Source: Candidatus Forterrea multitransposorum CG_2015-17_Forterrea_25_41 (GTDB lineage Archaea; Iainarchaeota; Iainarchaeia; Iainarchaeales; CSSED10-239). Taken from it: a stretch of 64,000 nt of DNA. The notes beneath the pieces were generated by a model. That model saw only the letters and a program-made list of their open reading frames with translations, made no database searches and was not told the origin of the DNA. The stretch lies in the NCBI GenBank assembly GCA_009392915.1, contig CP045477.1, forward strand, positions 416,001 to 480,000. The letters are read 5' to 3'. Below, piece by piece: positions 1 to 8,805 of the stretch (position 1 is its first letter; every line of letters starts with the position of its first letter). The translations under genes were made by a program, and so were the position numbers.

Positions 1-140
1 GTTTTTTTACTAAATATATGTCTTAATAATCTACTCTTTCCAGAATTATTTCCACCTACAAAAATATTTAGTTTTGATAAACTATTAATAGTATCTGGAT
101 AACCTTCAAAATTTAATTTAATATTTTTAATTAATTCCAT
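1..140 (-). CDS. N-terminal fragment (approx 46 aa, truncated by window start) of an AAA_15/OLD-family-like ATPase. The ATG at 138-140 overlaps the hsdS stop codon.
   Basis: Reverse-strand translation MELIKNIKLNFEGYPDTINSLSKLNIFVGGNNSGKSRLL..., with a Walker A-like GGNNSGKS. The ATG overlaps the TAA of the upstream hsdS by 1 nt. Confidence 0.45.
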   Translation of the reverse strand, partial: MELIKNIKLNFEGYPDTINSLSKLNIFVGGNNSGKSRLLRHIFSKK

Positions 141-1432
141 TAATATTTCACCCTTATTTTTCCAGACATTAATTTAGGTAATAATAAATCTCTTATTTCA
201 GATAATTTCTTATTTTGCCTTTTATTTTCTGAAATTTTAATAAATGTACTTCTGATCATTGAATTATATTTTTTCAATATTTCATTTGATGGATTCAATA
301 TCTGTATTTTCTGAATGTTTTCATTATTAATTGCTTGCATTGTTGTACCATTACATAAGTTATTTTTTATTATTTCAAAATCATCATTTAATACAAAATT
401 CCAAATATAATACAAAGCATTTTCTTTTATGTCTAACCCAGCAAATCCAGTAGATAAAATTAAATTTTCTAATTCCCAAGCGCTATACTTATCAAAATAA
501 GTTATTTTTTTACTATTTTTCATTTTAGCAAACCACACTGTATTCTCTTTAGGTTGCATATTTGCTCTTGATGGTCTTTTTATAAATGTAATTTTAGTAT
601 TATAATTTATTATTTCAGAATTATCTATATCTGCAGTTGCAACATATGTTTTTTCATCAAAGTCTTCTGTACCAACCTTTGTAAAAGACGTTAGATTATT
701 GTCTCCTAAATGCCCAACATCCCATCCTTTAGGTATTTCTTTTTTTAATTCTTTATTATAAACCATTTCTCCTCCACTAGATTTATAAGGTTCTCCTTTT
801 TCATTTGGAAATTCAAAATCAACAAACCATCTTTTAAATAAAGTTTTTCCTATTTCTTCAAGTGTTTGATTCATTTTTCTGTTTAGTTCTATTTTTTCAT
901 CTAAATCAGAAAGGATTTTTGCAATTTTTAACATTTCATTATTATTTTTTGGAACTATAACTAGTAATTTTTTAATATCCCCTAAACTAAGTGTTTTTTG
1001 TGTAGAACCACCAACATTTTTTTCAATTTGATTTAAAATATATTTAGAATTTAAGGCATAATATAAAAAATAACTGTTTATATTCGGGTTAATTATCACC
1101 GTATTTTGCCCTAAACAAAATAATTCTGTTGTATTTACAAAACTTGTAATTCCATATGTTCCAACCCTAGTCATTATGATATCATTTTGCTTTGGGATAT
1201 AATTTTTAGTAAATTCATCATAAATAGATTTAGTAACTTTTAATGTATTTGATAAATCTAAACTACCTGATTTCACATCAGTTACTCTTACCATTGATAT
1301 TCCTTTATTAACATAAATTGGAGTTTTATGACAAGAATCAATAACTATAGATATATCATTTAATGATTTAACGTCCCAATCTTTAGGAATTAATCCAATT
1401 TCTGTTTTTTTAAATTTTATTTTATTAATCAT
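140..1432 (-). CDS. hsdS: Type I restriction-modification specificity subunit HsdS.
   Basis: 430 aa. Two target-recognition halves separated by a conserved central helix (KKLLVIVP...LDEKIELNRKMNQTLEEIGKTLFKRWFVDFEFP) and a C-terminal LLPKLMSGKIRV motif typical of HsdS. Sits in an operon with hsdM. Confidence 0.8.
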   Translation of the reverse strand: MINKIKFKKTEIGLIPKDWDVKSLNDISIVIDSCHKTPIYVNKGISMVRVTDVKSGSLDLSNTLKVTKSIYDEFTKNYIPKQNDIIMTRVGTYGITSFVNTTELFCLGQNTVIINPNINSYFLYYALNSKYILNQIEKNVGGSTQKTLSLGDIKKLLVIVPKNNNEMLKIAKILSDLDEKIELNRKMNQTLEEIGKTLFKRWFVDFEFPNEKGEPYKSSGGEMVYNKELKKEIPKGWDVGHLGDNNLTSFTKVGTEDFDEKTYVATADIDNSEIINYNTKITFIKRPSRANMQPKENTVWFAKMKNSKKITYFDKYSAWELENLILSTGFAGLDIKENALYYIWNFVLNDDFEIIKNNLCNGTTMQAINNENIQKIQILNPSNEILKKYNSMIRSTFIKISENKRQNKKLSEIRDLLLPKLMSGKIRVKY

Positions 1433-2400
1433 AATATTTCCAATTTATGTTCTGAATTAACAATTTCATAAAAATCATTAATATAAGTAATTATGTTTAA
1501 ATATATCGTATTATTTTTTACATCTGATACTTCTATGTGAGAAGTTATTTCAAAAATAGATCCTGTTCTTGTTTCTTCAGGAATATTAATATTCTCAGAA
1601 TACTCTAAAATTCTAAAATTTTTAATTTTAACTTTATCTTCTCCAATTTCAATTTGATTTAATTTAGACATATAATCATTAATATAACTTTTAAAATCAT
1701 ATGAATTGCTAAATTCCTCAATTGAATTAATAAAATTTTCTTCAGGATAAATATTATCTAATTTAATAAATAAACCATCACCTATCGGTTCTATAACTAT
1801 ATCTTTATTAAATAACTCTTTAAATTCTAATGCACAATTTTTATTAAATCCTAAATCCCTTGTAATTAAAAATACATTTTCATAATCATCAAAATCTTGA
1901 GATAATATTGTCTCCCATATCAAGGCATCTTTAAAACCAGAATCAGATTTTTTATCTTTATTAAAAGGAGACTTTTTTTCTAATGCTCTTATTTTTAGAT
2001 CATTAAATTTTTGAAAAATTAAATCATCAGAAATTTTTAAAATTTTTATTTTGTTTTCAAAAATATAATTTCCAATTTTATCCAAAATAAAATCTTTTAT
2101 ATTAAAATCATCTGAAATTTTAAATAAGTTAATTTTCGAATCAATATAAGCATATCTTTTTTTAATGTCACCTAATTTTCTGCTATCGGATTTAAAACAA
2201 TCTCTTCTTTGTTTTTCTAATTCAAATAAAGTTATATCTGTTATTGATAATTTAATATATTCAAACAAATTTTTTTTAAAAATATAATCATACAATTTTT
2301 TAAAATCATTATTAAATGTAAAAGTATGATAATAAATATTATCACTACTATTTTCTTTTAACACATTTGTATCAAAAATAATTATTGTTTTTGGCATCAT
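1429..2400 (-). CDS. PIN-like nuclease-domain protein (N-terminal approx 190 aa) with a C-terminal domain of unknown function.
   Basis: N-terminal IIIFDTNVL, plus downstream acidic residues including FLITRD (the hhTxD-type PIN motif). 4-nt overlap with both neighbouring genes. Confidence 0.45.
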   Translation of the reverse strand: MMPKTIIIFDTNVLKENSSDNIYYHTFTFNNDFKKLYDYIFKKNLFEYIKLSITDITLFELEKQRRDCFKSDSRKLGDIKKRYAYIDSKINLFKISDDFNIKDFILDKIGNYIFENKIKILKISDDLIFQKFNDLKIRALEKKSPFNKDKKSDSGFKDALIWETILSQDFDDYENVFLITRDLGFNKNCALEFKELFNKDIVIEPIGDGLFIKLDNIYPEENFINSIEEFSNSYDFKSYINDYMSKLNQIEIGEDKVKIKNFRILEYSENINIPEETRTGSIFEITSHIEVSDVKNNTIYLNIITYINDFYEIVNSEHKLEIL

Positions 2401-2879
2401 TTAAAATCAAATATTTTCTTTTTATTAGAATAATTAATTATTATTTTATATTTTAAATTGTTTTCTAAATTCATCTCTTTTTCAAAATTTTCTTTTGAAC
2501 TATAATTTAATTTAACTAATATTTTATCAGTGTGATTTGGTTGTAATAGAAATGGAAATATAACTGGTTTATATGATGGTAGAGGATAACTTGTTTTTAA
2601 ACCAACACCCAAACTTACAGATTCAGATACATTCAAATAAACTGAATTAGGCATAAATTTAGTTTTATTATGATATAATTCCATCTTCTTAATTGTAGTT
2701 GGTCTTTGACCAACATTACTTAAATAAAAATAAATCCAAATTTCATTTTCATCCATCTTAACTTCTAAAACTTCTTTTTCAACATATAATTTAGGTTTAT
2801 TTTTACTTTCTATATAAAAAGATAATAATATACCTAATATTGCAACTATTAAACCCAATATACTAATTATATATTCCAT
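2397..2879 (-). CDS. Small single-pass membrane protein with a beta-rich C-terminal domain, hypothetical.
   Basis: N-terminal hydrophobic helix ISILGLIVAILGILLSFYI. Overlapping start and stop with its neighbours. Confidence 0.4.
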   Translation of the reverse strand: MEYIISILGLIVAILGILLSFYIESKNKPKLYVEKEVLEVKMDENEIWIYFYLSNVGQRPTTIKKMELYHNKTKFMPNSVYLNVSESVSLGVGLKTSYPLPSYKPVIFPFLLQPNHTDKILVKLNYSSKENFEKEMNLENNLKYKIIINYSNKKKIFDFK

Positions 2880-3370
2880 TAGTTATCATTTTTCTTTTTA
2901 AACTTTCTAATTAATGCTAATAATAGTTCTTGTTTAAAAAATATTATACTTAGTAATTCTATACCAAAAGCAATATTTAAAACAACAGATAATTTAAAAT
3001 TATTAATTATTGTTTTGTAAATACTTATTTGACTATTTTCTATATTTTCAAATTTTTGATTTAAATTAGTTATTTGATACTGTATAATATTATAATCATT
3101 TTTTATTTCTTCAAAATCTTTTTTAGTTATATTTTCTGTTATTAATTTGTTATAGTCAGACTGACAATTTTTTAGTTGTGAACTAATCTGTATTATATTG
3201 TTATTTAATGTAATTTTATTTAATTCACAATTATTTAATTTATCTACAATAGGTTTACATTTATCCTCTGATAATAAACCAAACAATCCTTGTATAATTG
3301 GAATAAATATCATCACAATTATAAACACAACTAAAATACCTCCAATTATTGCAAATGGATTATCCGCCAT
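2879..3370 (-). CDS. Small membrane protein with two TM segments flanking a Cys-containing coiled-coil region, hypothetical.
   Basis: N-terminal TM helix (FAIIGGILVVFIIVMIFIPII), a Q/N/K-rich heptad-like middle region, and a C-terminal hydrophobic segment. Start lies 2 nt after the hsdM stop. Confidence 0.4.
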   Translation of the reverse strand: MADNPFAIIGGILVVFIIVMIFIPIIQGLFGLLSEDKCKPIVDKLNNCELNKITLNNNIIQISSQLKNCQSDYNKLITENITKKDFEEIKNDYNIIQYQITNLNQKFENIENSQISIYKTIINNFKLSVVLNIAFGIELLSIIFFKQELLLALIRKFKKKNDN

Positions 3371-3372
3371 AT

Positions 3373-4890
3373 CTATTTCACCTCAAAGCCGATTCCTTTA
3401 AGATTTTTCTTAATCTCTTCTTCTAATTTCTTAGATTCTTTAAATTGTTCGCTTAATTCTTTTGTAAGGCGAGTCATCTTTTCTTGAAAAACTTCAGGAT
3501 CTTCCTCTTCTTCCTTAAAACCAACGTAACGGCCAGGTGTAAGAATAAAGTCTTGCTTTTCAATCTCTTCAAGAGAGGCTGATTTACAAAAAGAAAGCTC
3601 ATCTTGATAACTTTTTTTGTTTATCGGGTCTTTTGACCTCCAAAGAGAAACAGTTTCTGAAATTTTTGTAAAATCTTCTTCAGTGAGTTCTCTTTGTCTT
3701 CTGTTAATCATTTGTCCAAGATTTCTAGCATCAATAAAAAGAGTTTCTCCTTTTCTATGTGCAGGTTTATTTCTATTAACAAACCAAAGACAAGCAGGAA
3801 TCATTGTATTATAAAATAATTGAGATGGAAGAGCAATAATACACTCTACAAGATCATCTTTAAGTATATTTTTTCTAATTTCTCCTTCTCCAGAAGTATT
3901 AGAACTTAAAGAACCGTTTGAAAGAACAAAACCAGCAATTCCTTTAGATCCTAAATGATAAATAAAATGTTGAACCCATGCAAAATTAGCGTTCCCTGCA
4001 GGAGGAACTCCATATTTCCAACGAGCATCCTCTCTTAATAGATCTCCAGACCAGTCTGAATCATTAAAAGGAGGATTTGCAATTATAAAATCAGCTCTTA
4101 AGTCTTTATGTTCATCATTTAGAAAACTACCTTCATTATTCCAAACAACTTTATTATCAATACCTCTTATTGCAAGATTCATTTTACATAATTTCCAAGT
4201 TGTTTGATTAGATTCTTGACCATAAATAGATATTTGACCTATTTTTCCACCATGTTTTTCAACAAACTCTTCAGATTGAACAAACATTCCTCCAGAACCA
4301 CAACAAGGGTCAAATATTCTTCCTTTAAAAGGTTGTATTATTTCAACTAATAATTTAACAATAGATTTAGGAGTATAGAATTGGCCTCCTTTTTTTCCTT
4401 CAGCAGAAGCAAATTGTCCTAAGAAATATTCATATACTCTTCCTAAGATATCTTTACTATTATCTTTAGAATTAAAAGAAATTGTTCCTATAAGATCAAT
4501 TAACGCTCCTAATTTTGTTTTATCTAAAGATGGTTTTGAATAATCTTTTGGAAGTATTCCTTTAAGTGTTGGATTTTCTTTTTCAATTAAATCCATTGAA
4601 TCATCAATAATTCTTCCAATTTCTATATTTTTTGCATTATCTTGAAGATATTCCCATCTTGCTTTTTTTGGAACATAAAATACTCTTTGAGAGACATATT
4701 CATCTTTATCTTCTGGGTCTGCATATTCTTCTTCTTTTAGTTTAGTATATAGTTCTTCAAAAGAATCAGATATATATTTTAAAAATATTAAACCTAAAAC
4801 TACATGTTTATATTCTGCAGCATCCATATTACTTCTTAATTTATCTGCTGCTTTCCAAAGCTTTTCTTCAAATCCTAAATCTTGAGTCAT
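3373..4890 (-). CDS. hsdM: Type I restriction-modification N6-adenine DNA methyltransferase subunit HsdM.
   Basis: 505 aa with an AdoMet motif ([10 protein letters not shown]) and the catalytic NPPF ([12 protein letters not shown]). N-terminal HsdM_N-like region present. Confidence 0.9.
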   Translation of the reverse strand: MTQDLGFEEKLWKAADKLRSNMDAAEYKHVVLGLIFLKYISDSFEELYTKLKEEEYADPEDKDEYVSQRVFYVPKKARWEYLQDNAKNIEIGRIIDDSMDLIEKENPTLKGILPKDYSKPSLDKTKLGALIDLIGTISFNSKDNSKDILGRVYEYFLGQFASAEGKKGGQFYTPKSIVKLLVEIIQPFKGRIFDPCCGSGGMFVQSEEFVEKHGGKIGQISIYGQESNQTTWKLCKMNLAIRGIDNKVVWNNEGSFLNDEHKDLRADFIIANPPFNDSDWSGDLLREDARWKYGVPPAGNANFAWVQHFIYHLGSKGIAGFVLSNGSLSSNTSGEGEIRKNILKDDLVECIIALPSQLFYNTMIPACLWFVNRNKPAHRKGETLFIDARNLGQMINRRQRELTEEDFTKISETVSLWRSKDPINKKSYQDELSFCKSASLEEIEKQDFILTPGRYVGFKEEEEDPEVFQEKMTRLTKELSEQFKESKKLEEEIKKNLKGIGFEVK

Positions 4891-4960
4891 AATTAATCTC
4901 TTCTTTTATATAAATATAATATACATCTAAACACTTTTAAAGGTATTATGTATTAAAAAA

Positions 4961-5347
4961 CTATTCAAATCTAATCTCTTTTCTATCATCTTCTATTGCT
5001 TGTTTTATTTTATTATATTCTTCTTCACTTAACTCTATTATATTACTATAAGTATAATCTTCCTTTGCAAGCTTAAATCTTTCTTGTAAAGAACGTGCAC
5101 CAAGACCTTTATTAGATAAAAGTAATAAAGAAAGTTTAATCTGATAAGGATATGGTTTTTTCCAAGAAGTAAATTCATTGTCTACTTTTTTAATAACTTT
5201 AAATATTCCAAAAATTACTCCTTGACCATAATATACAATAATATCATCTAAATTAACTAAATCTCTTTCATTTTTGTCTATAAAACCACAATATTCTTTT
5301 GTTTTAACAAAAGATTCCCAAGAATGGTTAATTAAGTAATATTTCAT
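4961..5347 (-). CDS. EVE-like (PUA-fold) domain protein.
   Basis: 128 aa. Pattern MKYYLINHSWESF ... DDIIVYYGQGVIFGIFKVIK ... PYQIKLSLL resembles the EVE consensus (YWLxK..P..F / GDLxFFYHS..IVGIAEV). Lies 70 bp upstream of hsdM on the same strand. Confidence 0.4.
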   Translation of the reverse strand: MKYYLINHSWESFVKTKEYCGFIDKNERDLVNLDDIIVYYGQGVIFGIFKVIKKVDNEFTSWKKPYPYQIKLSLLLLSNKGLGARSLQERFKLAKEDYTYSNIIELSEEEYNKIKQAIEDDRKEIRFE

Positions 5348-5349
5348 TT

Positions 5350-6729
5350 TTAATCATATCTAAATCCATATTTTTCAGTTAATTTTTGCCATTCATCATG
5401 ATATTTTTTCCATTCATTATATTCAAATTCATCTAATACCTGGCCAGAACCATAACTATCTAATTTATTTTGCAAAAATTTTAATCTCAAATTATCATCA
5501 TATTCTTCTTTAACACTTTCAAAAGATTTACCTTCAGAAACAACATAAATATTTGGCTTTGAAATTAATTTACCTACTCCAATATAATCTCCATCACTAT
5601 CTGTAATAATACTTGGAGTTGTTGTTTCTATAAAACAATAACCAGAATTATTATAAGAATATTTAATTGGGCATTTTAATCCTATTGAAGCATGCTGCTC
5701 TAATTCAAAACTAAAAATTGCAACACCATAACCTAACTCTTTTAACATTAATGCAAGTAAATTTGTTTTATCCCCACAAACTCCTGTTTGATCATATAAT
5801 GTTTCATAAGCATATCTATTACTATAATTATGATTAAAAGAATCCCAATCATAAGGCATTGTTTGAACTAAACTGATTGCAATCCTTGCTTGATCATCAG
5901 TATTATTTGTTATTTTTTTAATTTCATTAATTAATGGTAGAATATATCTTTCTTGATCTTCAGTATTAACATACATTAATGACATATATTCAGAAGTAGG
6001 AGGAGATTCATAAGAAGAATAAGTTACTGTTCGAGGTAAATTTGACAAATAATAATTAAACCCATTATAGACAGTGTAATTAAAACTATTAGGTACACCT
6101 CTTAGAGTATAATTTAACTTAATTGGCTTAGGTTCAGTTTGCAATTTATGTAAACACTTCCCATTAATATAAATTTCATCTATATCACATAAACATTTTT
6201 CAGGAAACTCAATTAAATTACCTTTCTGACAAAAATAAGGCTTAATATTTGAACAATTATTATATAAAGTACCATCTTCACACCTATTAATAACAAAATT
6301 AAATAATAAATTCATAATTATATAAATTAGAATAATAATAATAACAATATTTCTTAATTGTTTAAATCTAATTTTTTTAAGTAAATGAATAACTAAAGTT
6401 AAAATTAAACTATTTAGTAAAATTATTATAAAAAAGTTAAAACTAACCTTTAATAATAGATAATTAAAACTTAATAAAATAATAACATAAACTAAAGTCC
6501 ATATAAATAAATAAAAATTAAATCTAAATTTATTTTTATAAATTATAACAGTTATTATGCGTGAAAATAAACTAAATATGATTGCTATAAATACTAATTT
6601 AGTGGTATTATTAACAATATTTAATAAATTTAAAAATAAAGAAGATAAATAATATAATAGACTATAAATTAATATCCAAAATAGAAACCAGTAAGATTTA
6701 TAAAATCTAAAAATATTATTATTTCTCAT
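5350..6729 (-). CDS. Membrane-anchored protein with a Cys-rich ectodomain and a transglutaminase-like cysteine protease core.
   Basis: First ~140 aa are multi-TM, followed by a Cys-rich segment. The C-terminus carries GVCGDKTNLLALMLKELGYGVAIF...EQHASIGL...GYCFIETT, which resembles a transglutaminase-like C/H/D triad. Confidence 0.4.
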   Translation of the reverse strand: MRNNNIFRFYKSYWFLFWILIYSLLYYLSSLFLNLLNIVNNTTKLVFIAIIFSLFSRIITVIIYKNKFRFNFYLFIWTLVYVIILLSFNYLLLKVSFNFFIIILLNSLILTLVIHLLKKIRFKQLRNIVIIIILIYIIMNLLFNFVINRCEDGTLYNNCSNIKPYFCQKGNLIEFPEKCLCDIDEIYINGKCLHKLQTEPKPIKLNYTLRGVPNSFNYTVYNGFNYYLSNLPRTVTYSSYESPPTSEYMSLMYVNTEDQERYILPLINEIKKITNNTDDQARIAISLVQTMPYDWDSFNHNYSNRYAYETLYDQTGVCGDKTNLLALMLKELGYGVAIFSFELEQHASIGLKCPIKYSYNNSGYCFIETTTPSIITDSDGDYIGVGKLISKPNIYVVSEGKSFESVKEEYDDNLRLKFLQNKLDSYGSGQVLDEFEYNEWKKYHDEWQKLTEKYGFRYD

Positions 6730-6746
6730 TTTATCACATTAATATT

Positions 6747-7028
6747 TCAATGTCTTTTTTTAATTGATCTTTTAGAAATATTAGAACTTCTATATCTTAC
6801 AGGTTTACTTTTTCTATAAGAATCTTTTAAAACAGAATCACTTTCATTTTTTAAATCATGAATAGTTGGTTCTTTATAACCTAACTGCTTTAAAGCAGAA
6901 TCAAATATCTTTGTAAAGCTTAAGTTATTCTCTTGTACAAATCTTTCTTGACTTTTTGTAATTCTCATATTTATTCTTATATTTCTTCTTTCTGGAGAAG
7001 TATCTCTTTTTACATCTTCTATATTCAT
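6747..7028 (-). CDS. Small ribbon-helix-helix-like DNA-binding protein (start taken at the internal Met, MNIEDVKRD...).
   Basis: A beta-strand (IRINMRITKSQ) followed by two helices. Basic C-terminal tail. Confidence 0.3.
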   Translation of the reverse strand: MNIEDVKRDTSPERRNIRINMRITKSQERFVQENNLSFTKIFDSALKQLGYKEPTIHDLKNESDSVLKDSYRKSKPVRYRSSNISKRSIKKRH

Positions 7029-7164
7029 ATAAATCAATCCCTTAAATACACTTTTCCCAATCAAGAGCATAGTGTATATACAACTTTGACACAACGAGTT
7101 TATAAATAGATCGATTACACTAAAATATAATAAAAAGAGAAGATTAAAAAATAAATCTTATCTA

Positions 7165-7890
7165 CTAAACTTTAATCTCTATTAAAACAGGATTATGGTC
7201 ACTAAATCTTCTAATTTCATCATTTTCAAGAACTTTGCAAGAAATAATGTTTTTAAAAATAGGTTTATTCATAAAAAAGTAATCATTTTGCCACTTAACT
7301 TTACTTTTTTTATGTCTTAAGGTCTGTACAGGATATTCTTTATCAGTTAAATCAAAAGCATCAAAAAAATTAAAATCTTTTAATCTATCAAAAAAAATCT
7401 TATGAGAGTTATTATATTTATATATTAAATCAAATTGAATACTTGCATTTAAATCTCCCCCCAATATAATATTTCTTTTACCATTAAGTTTACCATAAAA
7501 CAAAGGAGATAAATCAGATAACATGCTATGTAGATTAGGAATTGAATAACCATCTGTCATAAGACCATATAATGATATAAAAGTAAGTTTTTTATTATTT
7601 ATAACAGTATTTGCTATTGTTAAAGATCCATTAAATTTAGTATTTATTGTTTCCTGAGAAAGATTGTATTTTTTACTATAAATTCCAGATCCCCAATTAC
7701 GATTTTTATCAATTTTATTCCAAATAAGATTTGAATCTTTTTTAATATGTTCAGGAGGATTTGATTCTTGAAATAAATATATATCTGCATCAATATTATT
7801 TAAAAAATAATCCCAAATATCTTTATTTAGCTTTTTATTTTTCCAATAATCCATATTCCAAGTAACTATTTTAATATTCATTCTTATCAA
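7165..7890 (-). CDS. Endonuclease/exonuclease/phosphatase (EEP) family protein.
   Basis: N-terminal KIVTWNMDYW (TWN motif) and C-terminal RFSDHNPV (SDH motif), both characteristic of the EEP fold. Confidence 0.7.
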   Translation of the reverse strand: MIRMNIKIVTWNMDYWKNKKLNKDIWDYFLNNIDADIYLFQESNPPEHIKKDSNLIWNKIDKNRNWGSGIYSKKYNLSQETINTKFNGSLTIANTVINNKKLTFISLYGLMTDGYSIPNLHSMLSDLSPLFYGKLNGKRNIILGGDLNASIQFDLIYKYNNSHKIFFDRLKDFNFFDAFDLTDKEYPVQTLRHKKSKVKWQNDYFFMNKPIFKNIISCKVLENDEIRRFSDHNPVLIEIKV

Positions 7891-7898
7891 TTTTTATT

Positions 7899-8738
7899 TT
7901 AAATAACCTTCTTAATATTCTTTTCCAAGTAAACAATAAACTTATCTTTATTCTTTCCTTTTAACTTTTCCCAAGAATTATATACTTTTCTTATTTTATC
8001 TTCTAAAATAATATCTTCTTTATCATTATATCTGTATCTTGCATATTTTTCTTTATTATAACCTAACTTATATGCTAAAATATTTTCAATAGTAGATGTA
8101 AAAGTTTCACTAAATGACTGCTTTTTTATTCCACCATATTTATCTAAAATATATTTTTCAATTCTATTATATATTTCATTATTTGAATTAATTACATGAA
8201 TAAGTTCATGAATTAATAAAATATATATTCTATTTTTAGTAAATTTTCTATAATCAACATCATCTCCTATAGATATATGAAAAGATAAATTTGTTGCAGA
8301 ACCTCCAAAACCAGGCCTTGTATTATTTGCAACAAAGAAAGTAGAGCTTACTTTTGTAGAATTATAAATAACATCTAAATAAGGTTTAATTATTTTAAGT
8401 TCTTTCTCTTTAAAATTAGTTATAAATGTATTTAGAAAATCTTCTGATTTTTTATTAATAACAATAGGAAATAATTTTTTTAAAACAATTAGATGTTTTT
8501 TTTCAATATTACTTAATTTTTTTTTATTAACAATATTATCTATTAAATTTTTGTAATTAAGCCTATTTGTAGAAATAATACTATAATCTTTATTAATCAA
8601 AAAAATTAAATCTACCATTTCTTTTAATTGATTTTTATTAGCAAAAGTATAAACTTTATCAATATTACAATATGCTTTACAAGCAAGTCTTAAATCTTTT
8701 GAAGGTTTTATTAAGTTTAGTTTAATATCAACACTCAT
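7899..8738 (-). CDS. Hypothetical protein with a HExxH motif (possible zincin-like).
   Basis: LLIHELIHV motif. Start lies 8 nt upstream of the EEP gene. Confidence 0.3.
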   Translation of the reverse strand: MSVDIKLNLIKPSKDLRLACKAYCNIDKVYTFANKNQLKEMVDLIFLINKDYSIISTNRLNYKNLIDNIVNKKKLSNIEKKHLIVLKKLFPIVINKKSEDFLNTFITNFKEKELKIIKPYLDVIYNSTKVSSTFFVANNTRPGFGGSATNLSFHISIGDDVDYRKFTKNRIYILLIHELIHVINSNNEIYNRIEKYILDKYGGIKKQSFSETFTSTIENILAYKLGYNKEKYARYRYNDKEDIILEDKIRKVYNSWEKLKGKNKDKFIVYLEKNIKKVI

Positions 8739-8805
8739 AAAGATATCTATTAAATAAAGGTTTTTTAAAAGTTATGTTTAATAAGGAGCTATCATAAACT
8801 AAAAA

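Noticed and set aside
3198-3814. Plus-strand ORFs 3198-3401 and 3617-3814.
   Set aside because: Fully embedded antisense within hsdM and the upstream membrane protein. Low-complexity translations.
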